Shown: positions 27,941 through 37,207 of the stretch, one piece after another
Position numbering within the stretch: the stretch's first letter is position 1
How the letters are laid out: every line of letters begins with the position of its first letter
Assembly: GCA_041665365.1 (NCBI GenBank)
Contig: JBAYIY010000005.1
Location: forward strand, 5,946-69,945
DNA: 64,000 bases
Source of the DNA: Patescibacteria group bacterium
GTDB taxonomy: Bacteria; Patescibacteriota; Patescibacteriia; UBA9570
Direction: 5' to 3'
Notes under the pieces: generated by a model
Database searches by the model: none
Told to the model about the DNA's origin: nothing
The model's input: the letters and a program-made list of their open reading frames with translations, nothing else
Position numbers and translations under genes: made by a program

Positions 27941-29335
27941 TTATTGTTCAATAACCGCAAGGTCGCCCACATTCATCCAACCATAGAGCCACTCGGCATT
28001 GGTATAAGAAATGTTCACACAACCATGGCTCATAGGATGACCAAAATTATTATGCCAGTAGGCACCGTGTAAATAATAATGAGGTCTAAACTCAAGATTA
28101 TATAAGGTATTTGGTAGATAAAAACCAGGACCAGAATATAACTTACTATAGATTTTTCTTAGAATATGATACTCCCCTGGCGGTGTGCCCATACCCGGGA
28201 CACCGGACGAGATTAAAAAACTATTCACCAAATAACCCTGTTCGTATGCATACATTCTTTGTTCACTTAAATCTACGCGCACATATTTAGCCACATCAGT
28301 GCGACCATCTGGTTTTAGTTTACCAGGCAAGGTGACGATGCGATCTTGGTAGACTGCTATATTCACGCCACTGTGAAAATCTTCTTCATAGGCAAAGAAA
28401 CCAGGATTGATATCTTTACCATTGGCCTCATACATTTTTACTTGTGGACCGCCCTTACCATGTACACCTACCACTATTTCAACTTTACCATCATTATCAA
28501 TGTCACTGGCCGCGACATTCACGCCACCTCTAAACCCTTCACCGAAAACTTTAAATTCGTTAACGATAGTTTGTTGGGCATCGTAGTTATAAATTTTAAC
28601 CCAAGCATCGCCATCTTGTTGAATAGTAGTGATCACTTCGGCGGCTGGATCGTTATCGACATTACCAACAGCGACACTGACACCACCCTGGTTGTCATTG
28701 GCAAACGGATGAAACTCATATGTTTTTTGTTTACCGGTCGCTGAGAAAACACGCACGGTTGGTGCCATTTTTTCTCCACTGCCCACTACGATGTCAGCTT
28801 TACCGTCGGCATCAACATCTCCCACGGCGACATTGACTCCGCCATTGTAAGATTGATCGAAGGCGAAGAAGCCTACTGTTTGATCCACCCGACCACTGCC
28901 ATCGAACACGCGAATATGTGGACCACCACCAACTTTTGGCCCAGTGATAATTTCGGTTCGACCATCTCCATCCACATCACCAGCGGCTACATTCACCCCT
29001 GCTAGCATGTTGGTATCGTACGCGTAGAACTGATTAATAAATGAACCATCTAATCGAAAGGTTCTAACTTGCGGCCCGCCTCCTAAACCGGCCGCCGTAA
29101 TTATTTCTGGTATGCCATCTGTTCCTAGATCAGCGATCGCTATTGTACCGCCGCCCGTAAAGGCTTGATCGTAAGCAAAAAAATGAGTAGTTTGGTTGTA
29201 CTGTCCATTACTATTCGAAAACACCCGTACTTCCGGTGCTCGCAAATATGTGGCCGCCTGAACATTGGTGGCGACAGTTGTTCCAATCAGAAGGCAAAAT
29301 AAACTCACTATTATGTAGTGTGTCTTCATAATCAA
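27941..29335 (-). CDS. FG-GAP repeat protein fused to a C-terminal L,D-transpeptidase domain (tandem paralog)
   Basis: Signal peptide, FG-GAP units (GDVDGDGRTEIITG..GGPHIRVFDG) and C-terminal YWHNNFGHPMSHGCVNISYTNAEWLYGW. Confidence 0.8.
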   Translation of the reverse strand: MIMKTHYIIVSLFCLLIGTTVATNVQAATYLRAPEVRVFSNSNGQYNQTTHFFAYDQAFTGGGTIAIADLGTDGIPEIITAAGLGGGPQVRTFRLDGSFINQFYAYDTNMLAGVNVAAGDVDGDGRTEIITGPKVGGGPHIRVFDGSGRVDQTVGFFAFDQSYNGGVNVAVGDVDADGKADIVVGSGEKMAPTVRVFSATGKQKTYEFHPFANDNQGGVSVAVGNVDNDPAAEVITTIQQDGDAWVKIYNYDAQQTIVNEFKVFGEGFRGGVNVAASDIDNDGKVEIVVGVHGKGGPQVKMYEANGKDINPGFFAYEEDFHSGVNIAVYQDRIVTLPGKLKPDGRTDVAKYVRVDLSEQRMYAYEQGYLVNSFLISSGVPGMGTPPGEYHILRKIYSKLYSGPGFYLPNTLYNLEFRPHYYLHGAYWHNNFGHPMSHGCVNISYTNAEWLYGWMNVGDLAVIEQ

Positions 29336-29652
29336 TTCATATTTAAACTACCCTCAACCACTGTGTATTGAGACTTAGTTAATTCAGCTATAACTTCTGC
29401 TAGTGAAGAACCACTAAATTTCAGATCTTTAAAACCTTGCAAAGCCTCATTTTCGACAACTGCTCCGTATGTAGGTGTAATATCGACAGACATCGAACCG
29501 GTACCGACATCTTTTGTCATTACCACGGCAAACTTGACCGGTTGATCGCTCCCTGGAATATTCACATCTATCGTACCACTACGAGTTTGTTCAGGAATAG
29601 AACCGCGTTCATTATTACGGTGCCTCCAAAAATCAGGCTTTAATTCTGTCAT
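29332..29652 (-). CDS. hypothetical protein (106 aa)
   Basis: ORF with a 4-nt overlap onto the downstream LDT-fusion gene. No recognisable motif. Confidence 0.45.
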   Translation of the reverse strand: MTELKPDFWRHRNNERGSIPEQTRSGTIDVNIPGSDQPVKFAVVMTKDVGTGSMSVDITPTYGAVVENEALQGFKDLKFSGSSLAEVIAELTKSQYTVVEGSLNMN

Positions 29653-29892
29653 ATTTTGCTTGTGTTTTAACTACCGTTTTTTATTTTTGAACTAACTCAA
29701 AATCACTATAAACAAAGTATAGCAAAAAAAATGACCTTCGTCAACTAGCTGACAAAATAGACGATCACTCCAACCAAGAAAACCAACGCCACAGCTCCGC
29801 CAAAACCTAAGACGATCATCATGGTGGTACTTAGACCAGACCGATTATTGCGCAAATATTTACTCATACATTTTTGTTTAGTGACTGCTTAA

Positions 29893-31263
29893 TTATTGAT
29901 TAGTTGATAACTTTAACCGACTTTGAATCACAATCACCATTAAGGCCACTACTCCGACTAAGGCTAACAAAATTGAGTATTCCGGAATGGTAACCACTAA
30001 GGGGAAGAAACCCATGAACAATACCAACATGGGCAAGAGGAATTTTATGGAGAATTTACCACCAGCCACGCGCCCAACTAAATACAACATGAGTGCACTT
30101 ATTAATACCCACGCACTGACAAAGGCGCCATACAGTGGCATCGAAAAATATGGGACATTTGTAATGTTGGCAAACACTTCAATGGTTGGATCAATCGTAA
30201 AGCTCGATAAATAATGGAATAGTGGGAAAAATAAAGTATATAGAATTGATAGTAAAAACAAATCGATTAACGATAATGGTTTGCTACCAAACTGATAAAC
30301 TAAAAATAATAAGATGATAATAAAGACTACAAAGATCGGCGCCATCACCACATAAACGCGCGATACTTGCAGTGATGGGTTAACCTTATCCCCGATCGCT
30401 ATAGAAATAGTTGGTTTGGAATAAAGGTCAGGCTTATCCCAAGTGAGTTGCACATAGTTCGCACCAAACTCTCTCTGATCAACCGATAAACCTTTGGCGA
30501 CATCGTAAGACCGAATACCGTTGATGCGTCCGATAAAATGAAAATCCTGCGACCCTTTGGGATTATCAATCCCTTCATAAGTAAACACGGCTAAACCAAC
30601 TGTGTTATAGGTCACATGAACTGTCACATTACCATTAGCCGGAATCTCACCATTCCATTCTAAACCAAGATTTTCCGTGACGCTGGGATAATAATAGTCG
30701 TACGTGTCGGTATTATTTTCCAGTTTAATAGTAGTCTTGGCATTTGAGACTGGTTTACCATCAACCGATAAGGTGGCATTACTAATTTCATTATCACTCG
30801 CTTCGCTGGGGAAAGGAAATCTAAACGACACGGCCGCCGTTTCAGCTAAGGTATTACTTAATACATAATCAGCACTAAATTTTGTGCGGTAAGTGGGTTG
30901 GTAGGTTAAACCTTTTTTCACATAATCCGCGGTGATATCTACTTGACCGGAAGTACTAGTGAGAGAAGTATTCTCAACAAAGCGTTTCACTTTTTCGGCA
31001 TTAAGTTGCTCCTTGTCATACAAAGGTTCAGCCGAATCAACCCCTGCTAAACTAGGCGAAGTTTGTGTGAGTGATCCATTATAAACCGCACTGACAGCGT
31101 CATAATTACTGGCGGTAATATCTTCTCGGGTACTAACCACGGCCATCATAATTAAACTAAATACTCCAATCGACATGGCCAGAATAATCACCGCCGTAAA
31201 ATACTGGATTAATAAATAATTGTTTTTGGCAAGTAGTGAGACTGGTTTTGTTGGTTGATCCAT
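29893..31263 (-). CDS. hypothetical membrane protein (456 aa)
   Basis: N-terminal TM helix, a ~270-aa extracytoplasmic domain and C-terminal multi-TM helices. Confidence 0.6.
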   Translation of the reverse strand: MDQPTKPVSLLAKNNYLLIQYFTAVIILAMSIGVFSLIMMAVVSTREDITASNYDAVSAVYNGSLTQTSPSLAGVDSAEPLYDKEQLNAEKVKRFVENTSLTSTSGQVDITADYVKKGLTYQPTYRTKFSADYVLSNTLAETAAVSFRFPFPSEASDNEISNATLSVDGKPVSNAKTTIKLENNTDTYDYYYPSVTENLGLEWNGEIPANGNVTVHVTYNTVGLAVFTYEGIDNPKGSQDFHFIGRINGIRSYDVAKGLSVDQREFGANYVQLTWDKPDLYSKPTISIAIGDKVNPSLQVSRVYVVMAPIFVVFIIILLFLVYQFGSKPLSLIDLFLLSILYTLFFPLFHYLSSFTIDPTIEVFANITNVPYFSMPLYGAFVSAWVLISALMLYLVGRVAGGKFSIKFLLPMLVLFMGFFPLVVTIPEYSILLALVGVVALMVIVIQSRLKLSTNQ

Positions 31264-31315
31264 AGGGGTTAGTAAATAGTAATAGGTTGTATTGTAATCG
31301 AAAAAAGGGGAAAGA

Positions 31316-31993
31316 TCAACTTAGTTGTGTGAACATGGTTTGCAGTTGAGCTTTGGTTAATTGCCCGGGGGCGGATTGCTCGGCTTTAGTTAACGGGGCA
31401 AATATCATCTCATTGCCCCACAGTGATCCATAGATTCTGGTCACTGTCCCCCATTCGCCCATACCGAGAACAATAACCGGAAACTTTTTAGCTTTTAGTT
31501 CCAGTAATAATTGCAGTAAGGTCAGGGCATTTTTTTTATGTAAACACAGGGTTGAGATTTTATAAATCTTGGGTGCATACCGGTGCATGACATCAATTAT
31601 TTCCCATAATTTTTCCAGATGCGGTGTATTGTGATAATTATGATAAGACACAATTTGTTGAACAGACCAATGGTGGTTTTTGATAAGCTCTAACTCGTCA
31701 GTTTGATCGGAAATATCTAAATCCAACCAAGCCGGTGTGTTACGCACTTGTTGGATAATTCTTAAATGTTGATCGGCATCCAAACGTACTCGAGCGAGCT
31801 TTTGTCTGCGCAACACCAGAATAAGTTTTTTACCCAATTGTTTAATCAGTTGTGGAACAAATGAATCATCCAAATCAGTGATGTAATCCAACCACACTTC
31901 GAAGTAGGTATAGTCAGACAGATTAGCCTGAATAGTTGCTAACACTTCTGCTTGAGTGCTCTTAATTATGGGTAGACAGTATTTTATAGTCAT
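31316..31993 (-). CDS. aroD: 3-dehydroquinate dehydratase, type I
   Basis: 225 aa. C-terminal APGQLTKAQL resembles the AroD SAPGQISVNDL block, and PKIYKIST resembles the catalytic-Lys block PKIALMP. The N-terminal IKYCLPII resembles KICVPI. Confidence 0.5.
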   Translation of the reverse strand: MTIKYCLPIIKSTQAEVLATIQANLSDYTYFEVWLDYITDLDDSFVPQLIKQLGKKLILVLRRQKLARVRLDADQHLRIIQQVRNTPAWLDLDISDQTDELELIKNHHWSVQQIVSYHNYHNTPHLEKLWEIIDVMHRYAPKIYKISTLCLHKKNALTLLQLLLELKAKKFPVIVLGMGEWGTVTRIYGSLWGNEMIFAPLTKAEQSAPGQLTKAQLQTMFTQLS

Positions 31994-32005
31994 AGCATTA
32001 AATTA

Positions 32006-33034
32006 TCAGTTCTGTTTTAATTTGTAATACGTTGCCTTGCCTTTACCGTGTGCTGTAATCATTTTTTGATCAACGAGATAACGCAAATCGGCGGCGCGAG
32101 TTGATTTGGCGCGTTTTACCAATGTGGCATAAAACGCATCATTGATCGAGCCATGGGCTCGAATATAGTTCATGATAATATGGTGATACTCTTTTAAACC
32201 TGAAGCGGGGGCTTGGCTGGTGTTATCTAGCTCAGTCTTCACTCGTATTAGTTCATCAATGATTCCGTCCGTAAAATATTCTAGCCACACCGTAAAATCA
32301 ACTTTCAAATCATAATAACTACCTCTCTCTCCCACCAGAGAAAAATACTTTGTCACATTATTATTATAATAACGCTCAAAACTAAATAATTGAAAAGTAT
32401 TTAAACCTAATCCAGCTAACAATACTTTGGTAGCCAAACGCACGGTTCGACCATTGCCATCAATAAACGGATGAATTAAAACAAATTGTTTGTGAAAAAT
32501 TCCGGATAAGATTAAAGCATCAATCGTGCCTTGTTGAGTAGCAATAAACTCTATTAAATCTCCGAGTAAATTTGGCACATCCTGCTGATCTGGTGGCCAA
32601 TAAACTGTTTGACCAATGCTTGGATCACGTACAAACACTGGCGCAGTTCTTATCACTCCTGAGGATGATTCCAACATGACTCCTGTTGTTACTTGACGAT
32701 GAATTTTTAATATTAAAGATTCATCAAGTATATGTCTGCCAGTTTTTAGTTGATCATTTAACATCATTAAAGCCTGATTATAATTCAACACTTCTCGTTG
32801 GGTATCACGAATATGCGCCGGAGCTTGTTTGAGAAGTTGTTTCACATCTGTTAATGGTAAGGGATTCCCCTCGATACTAGTTGAAGCATGAGCTGACACT
32901 TCACGTGCAATTCGTTCCAGTTCAAATAAAACTACTTGCGGAAAACGCCGGTTATTCAAAATTTCCACTATCTGGCTAATTTTCTTAATATTAGCCAGTA
33001 ATTGATTGGTAATAGTGTACTTGGGTTCAAACAT
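32006..33034 (-). CDS. Fic/DOC family protein
   Basis: Fic motif HPFIDGNGRTVRL and a C-terminal winged-helix tail (AHGKGKATYYKLK). Confidence 0.85.
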   Translation of the reverse strand: MFEPKYTITNQLLANIKKISQIVEILNNRRFPQVVLFELERIAREVSAHASTSIEGNPLPLTDVKQLLKQAPAHIRDTQREVLNYNQALMMLNDQLKTGRHILDESLILKIHRQVTTGVMLESSSGVIRTAPVFVRDPSIGQTVYWPPDQQDVPNLLGDLIEFIATQQGTIDALILSGIFHKQFVLIHPFIDGNGRTVRLATKVLLAGLGLNTFQLFSFERYYNNNVTKYFSLVGERGSYYDLKVDFTVWLEYFTDGIIDELIRVKTELDNTSQAPASGLKEYHHIIMNYIRAHGSINDAFYATLVKRAKSTRAADLRYLVDQKMITAHGKGKATYYKLKQN

Positions 33035-33059
33035 AATTGTCTGATGTATCTATTTATTT

Positions 33060-33088
33060 ATAGACGCATTATAGACGATTCATAGACG
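33060..33088. promoter_or_regulatory. triple 11-nt-periodic direct repeat ATAGACG in the divergent Fic/MFS intergenic region (candidate operator)
   Basis: ATAGACG at 33060-33066, 33071-33077 and 33082-33088, lying 26-54 nt upstream of the Fic start. A TATAAT box at 33144-33149 precedes the MFS gene ATG (33157). Confidence 0.35.
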
Positions 33089-33156
33089 ATTGTCAAACTG
33101 AAATTGCACAGATAGACCACAATATGGAGTTTGTTTTTGTGATATAATACGACACA

Positions 33157-34392
33157 ATGTTAACAACAAGACTCACCTTTTTTCAGGCTTTGCTAACTAA
33201 AGATACCCGAGCAATCTATTACGTATTAGTATTTTCTTTTGATTTCTTAGTTGGTCTAACCGCCACTATTTATTCACTATACCTACTCCGTAACGGCTTA
33301 GATTTATTTCAGGTCAATTTAGTCAACACGGTTTTTATGTTGGGTAGTGTAATTTTTGAAATTCCAACTGGTGCGTTGGCCGATTACGCTGGCCGCAAAA
33401 TATCCGTGCTCCTCAGTTTTGCGTGTTTACCCATCGGCTTTGGAATATATTATTTCTCTTCATCAATCGGTTGGTTTATGTTCGCCGAACTTTGGATTGC
33501 TTTTGCTGTAGCCTGCTTATCTGGTGCTCTCGATGCTTGGGTAATTGATCAAATACAACACCAGGGTTATACCAGTAAAACTGATTTAGTTTTTTCACAT
33601 GGTGGTATCGCTAGTGGTTTAGCTTTACTGCTGGGTGGTGTAATTGGTGCGCAGTTGGGAAATATTTCATTAGGTTTACCATTTGGTTTTGGAGCTATCT
33701 TTGGTTTATTAGTATTGTTATTCACCTACTGGGGAATGATGGAAACAATTAATCACACTAAACGCCGCCAATTTCACTGGCTAACCGGTGTAAAAAGTAT
33801 TAGACATGCCTTTAATCCGGTGGTCATTTGGTTGTTACTGGCGACCGGGGTAGCTAATTTTGCATTTCAACCATTGAACATGTATTGGTCGCCCCGCGTA
33901 ATGGAAATGACTAATCATCAAGTTTGGTTATTAAGTTATGTTTGGATCGGAGTCTCTCTTAGTCTAATGTTGGGAGCTTATTTAGCACAACGCTTTACCA
34001 AATTCACGATGTCTCAGCACTGGTTGTTTGTGATCACAACTTTGATATTAGCTTTACCAATTATTATCATTGCCTCAACCTCCGTAGTATCGACATTGCT
34101 AAGTGGCTTCTTCATTTATGAGATTGGCCGTGGTTTACTAACGCCACTCCATAAAAGTTTTTTAAATAAACACATTCCAGCAAATGAACGCGCGACGTTA
34201 TTATCGTTTGATTCCTTAATAAGCAAATTATGTGCCGGCGCTGGCTTAATTTTATTTGGTTATTTAGCCCGACAATATTCCATTTCACTCACCTGGCTCT
34301 TGGCCGGCCTGATACTATTGTTTCTGATCCCACTTTATTATTACGCTACAAAGAACAGTAAACTGACAGCAGAATATAAACGTGAAAATTAA
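33157..34392 (+). CDS. MFS transporter
   Basis: 411 aa with ~12 TM helices and the MFS loop 2-3 motif (GALADYAGRK). Confidence 0.8.
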   Translation: MLTTRLTFFQALLTKDTRAIYYVLVFSFDFLVGLTATIYSLYLLRNGLDLFQVNLVNTVFMLGSVIFEIPTGALADYAGRKISVLLSFACLPIGFGIYYFSSSIGWFMFAELWIAFAVACLSGALDAWVIDQIQHQGYTSKTDLVFSHGGIASGLALLLGGVIGAQLGNISLGLPFGFGAIFGLLVLLFTYWGMMETINHTKRRQFHWLTGVKSIRHAFNPVVIWLLLATGVANFAFQPLNMYWSPRVMEMTNHQVWLLSYVWIGVSLSLMLGAYLAQRFTKFTMSQHWLFVITTLILALPIIIIASTSVVSTLLSGFFIYEIGRGLLTPLHKSFLNKHIPANERATLLSFDSLISKLCAGAGLILFGYLARQYSISLTWLLAGLILLFLIPLYYYATKNSKLTAEYKREN

Positions 34393-34410
34393 GGTGCTAC
34401 GTTTCTATAA

Positions 34411-34689
34411 CTATTCTTGTATTAGGTGGGCTTTCAAAGCACTAATTTTATTATCCCACACTGAAGTATCACTACTAAGCCACTCGCCAAGTTCTGGAAC
34501 CATTTCACCCTCTTTATATTTACCGCTATATTTTTCGAAGTTATCAAGCTGCTCCCGTTTTCTTGCCGCACAAAAGGCAATTTCACTTTTAATTTCCTCA
34601 TCTGTCATGGGTTGTTCTGATTCTTCCTTTAAGGTAGGTTTCATACCTTCTATATTTTTGGGCTGTACTTTAAAGGGTGATTTTTCCAT
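34411..34689 (-). CDS. hypothetical small acidic protein (92 aa)
   Basis: Glu/Lys-rich ORF between the MFS gene and the second Fic gene. No motif. Confidence 0.35.
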   Translation of the reverse strand: MEKSPFKVQPKNIEGMKPTLKEESEQPMTDEEIKSEIAFCAARKREQLDNFEKYSGKYKEGEMVPELGEWLSSDTSVWDNKISALKAHLIQE

Positions 34690-34711
34690 ATTATTCTTGT
34701 TAATATATAAA

Positions 34712-35770
34712 TTATTTCTTCAAACGATAATACGTCGCTTTGCCTTTGCCGTGCGCTGCAATCATTTTAATTTTCTTCAACTTTTGTAGATGTAATTGAG
34801 CGGTTCGTTTTGGACAATGTAAAATATCCACCACATCACTGATGGTCAGTCTACCAAGCGAACCAAGAAAATCTAAAATAGTAACTTGATCTTTATCCAA
34901 AAATATTTGCGTGTCGATATTTAAATCCTTCAGCTTGACTGGCAAACTGAATATTTTACGTCTCACCAGATCGATTTCTTCTTTAAAGCCATTTATAAAA
35001 TATTCCAACCAAGGGGTAAAATCTTGGCGACGAGTATCATAATCCTTGCCAATATTAATGGCGGCATAATAAGCTGGCCGATCATTGTTATAATAATCTT
35101 CCAACGCAAATAAGTGACGGAAATCATAACCACGCTGATAGAGCACTAAAGTGGCTAGGGCGCGAGCCGTTCGACCATTGCCATCGGCAAAAGGATGAAT
35201 CGCAGCAATTTCTTGATGGACAATGCCTGCTACGATAACCGGATTAATTTGCTCTTTGATACTATACTGCATCCATTCGATTAAATTATCCATTAACTTT
35301 GGTACAGCATTTACCGCGGCAGCTGTGTACATGATCTCCTGTCTACCGTCAGCATATCTACGTACAACATACACCATGTGTTTTCTATATTTACCAGATG
35401 ATCCAACTGGCAATGTATTGGTTGTCACTAAACGATGAATCTTTAAAATAACCTGTTTAGTTATGACCTTTTTTTCTTTAACAACTTGGTCAATATATTT
35501 GAGTGCTTTGAGATAATTTTCTACTTCATAAATATCTCGCACCGGGGCAGTAATCTTTTGTTTGTTCGCCAATGCTTCAACTTCTCGAACATTTAAAATG
35601 TTGCCCTCTATAGCCGTTGAACTATGAGTCATTCTAATTAAAGCTTGCCGACGGAGCTTTAGTTCTTGTTGCGGCAAAATTCGCGCACGTTCAATTACTG
35701 CTTTACCTTCGGAAATAGCAGTTAACAGGTGAACAATTTTATCAGTCAATTGATATTTTGGATGAAACAT
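34712..35770 (-). CDS. Fic/DOC family protein (paralog)
   Basis: Fic motif HPFADGNGRTARAL and tail AAHGKGKATYYRLKK. I place the start at Met30 (MFHPKYQLT, aligning with MFEPKYTIT of the other Fic) rather than the track's 35857. Confidence 0.8.
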   Translation of the reverse strand: MFHPKYQLTDKIVHLLTAISEGKAVIERARILPQQELKLRRQALIRMTHSSTAIEGNILNVREVEALANKQKITAPVRDIYEVENYLKALKYIDQVVKEKKVITKQVILKIHRLVTTNTLPVGSSGKYRKHMVYVVRRYADGRQEIMYTAAAVNAVPKLMDNLIEWMQYSIKEQINPVIVAGIVHQEIAAIHPFADGNGRTARALATLVLYQRGYDFRHLFALEDYYNNDRPAYYAAINIGKDYDTRRQDFTPWLEYFINGFKEEIDLVRRKIFSLPVKLKDLNIDTQIFLDKDQVTILDFLGSLGRLTISDVVDILHCPKRTAQLHLQKLKKIKMIAAHGKGKATYYRLKK

Positions 35771-35803
35771 ACGGCATTGTAATAATACTACAAAAAATCT
35801 AAT

Positions 35804-35831
35804 CGCGCAAGATCCGCGCATAAATCGCGCA
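35804..35831. promoter_or_regulatory. triple 11-nt-periodic direct repeat CGCGCA upstream of the second Fic gene (candidate operator)
   Basis: CGCGCA at 35804-35809, 35815-35820 and 35826-35831, lying 34-61 nt upstream of the proposed start at 35770. Confidence 0.35.
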
Positions 35832-35853
35832 AGCCTGATTAACATTTTACTGC

Positions 35854-35885
35854 CCATGACACTTCTTGAAGTGTTATCTTAATGG
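35854..35885 (-). promoter_or_regulatory. conserved ~32-nt upstream element, copy 1 (CCATTAAGATARCACTTCAA-N7-CATGG on the minus strand)
   Basis: The 20-mer TTGAAGTGYTATCTTAATGG at 35866-35885 recurs at 37188-37207 with one mismatch. Each copy starts exactly 96 nt upstream of a minus-strand start codon (35770 and 37092). Confidence 0.4.
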
Positions 35886-35940
35886 AAAATTTATTATCTT
35901 ATTGACTGTGCCTTTACCGGTGGCGCCAAACTGAGCGCAT

Positions 35941-37092
35941 TTATTGATCGGTTTTAAAACTAACCGAATCTGACCAAGGTGTTAAGACGCCGCCAATTTT
36001 CGCACGCACCCTGACTTGGTAATGATGATTGGATAGTAGTTCAGACAAGGTATGCTTAGCAGCAGTCGTTTTGATCGTATCGAGCACTTTTCCAGAAGTT
36101 GACCGAAGTTGTATCGTGTATTTCTGCACATCGGTAAGTGTATCCCAAGTAACCCGCGCACTACTGTCTGTACGATTAGCTTTCGGTACAGCCACATTTT
36201 GTACACCAACCTTTTTGATTTTATAACTCAACTGGTCAGTTGAATCTTGAGCAGCATCGGCCGCCATTAATGCACTAGTAGTAAAATCACCTCCAGCATA
36301 GGTTTGCACAGCAAAATTCAGCATATCACCATAATCAATATTTTTCAGATTCAATAATCCAGTACCATCGGCATTGGTTAAATTCAAATCCGTTTCAAAA
36401 CCACCAGCGCTATCCACGTTTTTGCCCGACTCCCCACCCTTAGAGGTGTCACCGATTTCTGGATCAATGACAACTAACAAACTATCTTCATCTGGATTAA
36501 ATGCGGCTGTAGCAAAATCTTCAGTTGTGGATTCTTCATAAATAGCCGTGACCTCAGGACCATTTTCCATGCCGATACTATCACGCAAGGCGTGGAGGTA
36601 AACCGCATAGTACAGAATGGAACCAGAATCACCTTTCTGCATCTTAAACACTAACCACATATCCAGGTCAGCGGGTAAACCAACATTGTCACCTGGGCCA
36701 TCTTGGTCACCGAATTCATAGTATTTTTCTTCCACTAGATCATATACCGATAATAAGGGGTGGAAAGAGTCAATATAGAGTTGCAATTGTGTGGCCGTAT
36801 TACAGACTTTTATATTTTCTAAATCACTCATCAGGTCGATGTTGGTAGTATAACGATCTCCACTAGATTCCGTAGTAGACCAACCAGTGTCACTATAATA
36901 GTAACTAATTCCAGTGAGATCTGATCCATCGGTAGTCAGTGACTCAACATCTGCCCAGTCGCCCGTATTATTATCAATGACTACGCCACTGCAGGCGTTA
37001 CCATCGGCTGAGACAACATTGGGCAATAAGGTACTGCCAATGACCAAACTGGTAGAGATGATGCTGATAATAAACACTTTCAATGGAACCAT
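35941..37092 (-). CDS. secreted protein with C-terminal fibronectin type III domain
   Basis: Signal peptide and an Asp/Gly/Thr-rich central region. C-terminal ~90 aa are FN3-like (VTWDTLTDVQKYTIQLRSTSG...YQVRVRAKIGGVLTPWSDSVSF). Confidence 0.6.
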   Translation of the reverse strand: MVPLKVFIISIISTSLVIGSTLLPNVVSADGNACSGVVIDNNTGDWADVESLTTDGSDLTGISYYYSDTGWSTTESSGDRYTTNIDLMSDLENIKVCNTATQLQLYIDSFHPLLSVYDLVEEKYYEFGDQDGPGDNVGLPADLDMWLVFKMQKGDSGSILYYAVYLHALRDSIGMENGPEVTAIYEESTTEDFATAAFNPDEDSLLVVIDPEIGDTSKGGESGKNVDSAGGFETDLNLTNADGTGLLNLKNIDYGDMLNFAVQTYAGGDFTTSALMAADAAQDSTDQLSYKIKKVGVQNVAVPKANRTDSSARVTWDTLTDVQKYTIQLRSTSGKVLDTIKTTAAKHTLSELLSNHHYQVRVRAKIGGVLTPWSDSVSFKTDQ

Positions 37093-37175
37093 AAAATATT
37101 ATTTAATAATCCTATTTTAGTAGTATAACAAACCCTTACTTTAATTAACAAGGCCCTCCCTTTGTAACCTATTGG

Positions 37176-37207
37176 CCATGGCAACGTTTGAAGTGCTATC
37201 TTAATGG
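37176..37207 (-). promoter_or_regulatory. conserved ~32-nt upstream element, copy 2
   Basis: See copy 1. TTGAAGTGCTATCTTAATGG at 37188-37207 with CCATGG at 37176-37181. It overlaps the 3' end of the antiporter gene and lies 96 nt upstream of the FN3 gene start. Confidence 0.4.

Noticed and set aside
29745-29867. Possible 40-aa hydrophobic minus-strand micro-ORF (MSKYLRNNRSGLSTTMMIVLGFGGAVALVFLVGVIVYFVS) in the 240-nt gap between 29652 and 29893
   Set aside because: No Shine-Dalgarno and no conservation evidence available. Could equally be non-coding leader sequence. Not reported as a feature.
34712-35857. Longer N-terminal extension of the second Fic gene (track start at 35857, MGSKMLIRLARF...)
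   Set aside because: Alignment with the other Fic paralog (MFEPKY... vs MFHPKY...) supports Met30 (35770). The extension would read through the triple CGCGCA repeats and the conserved 32-nt upstream element.
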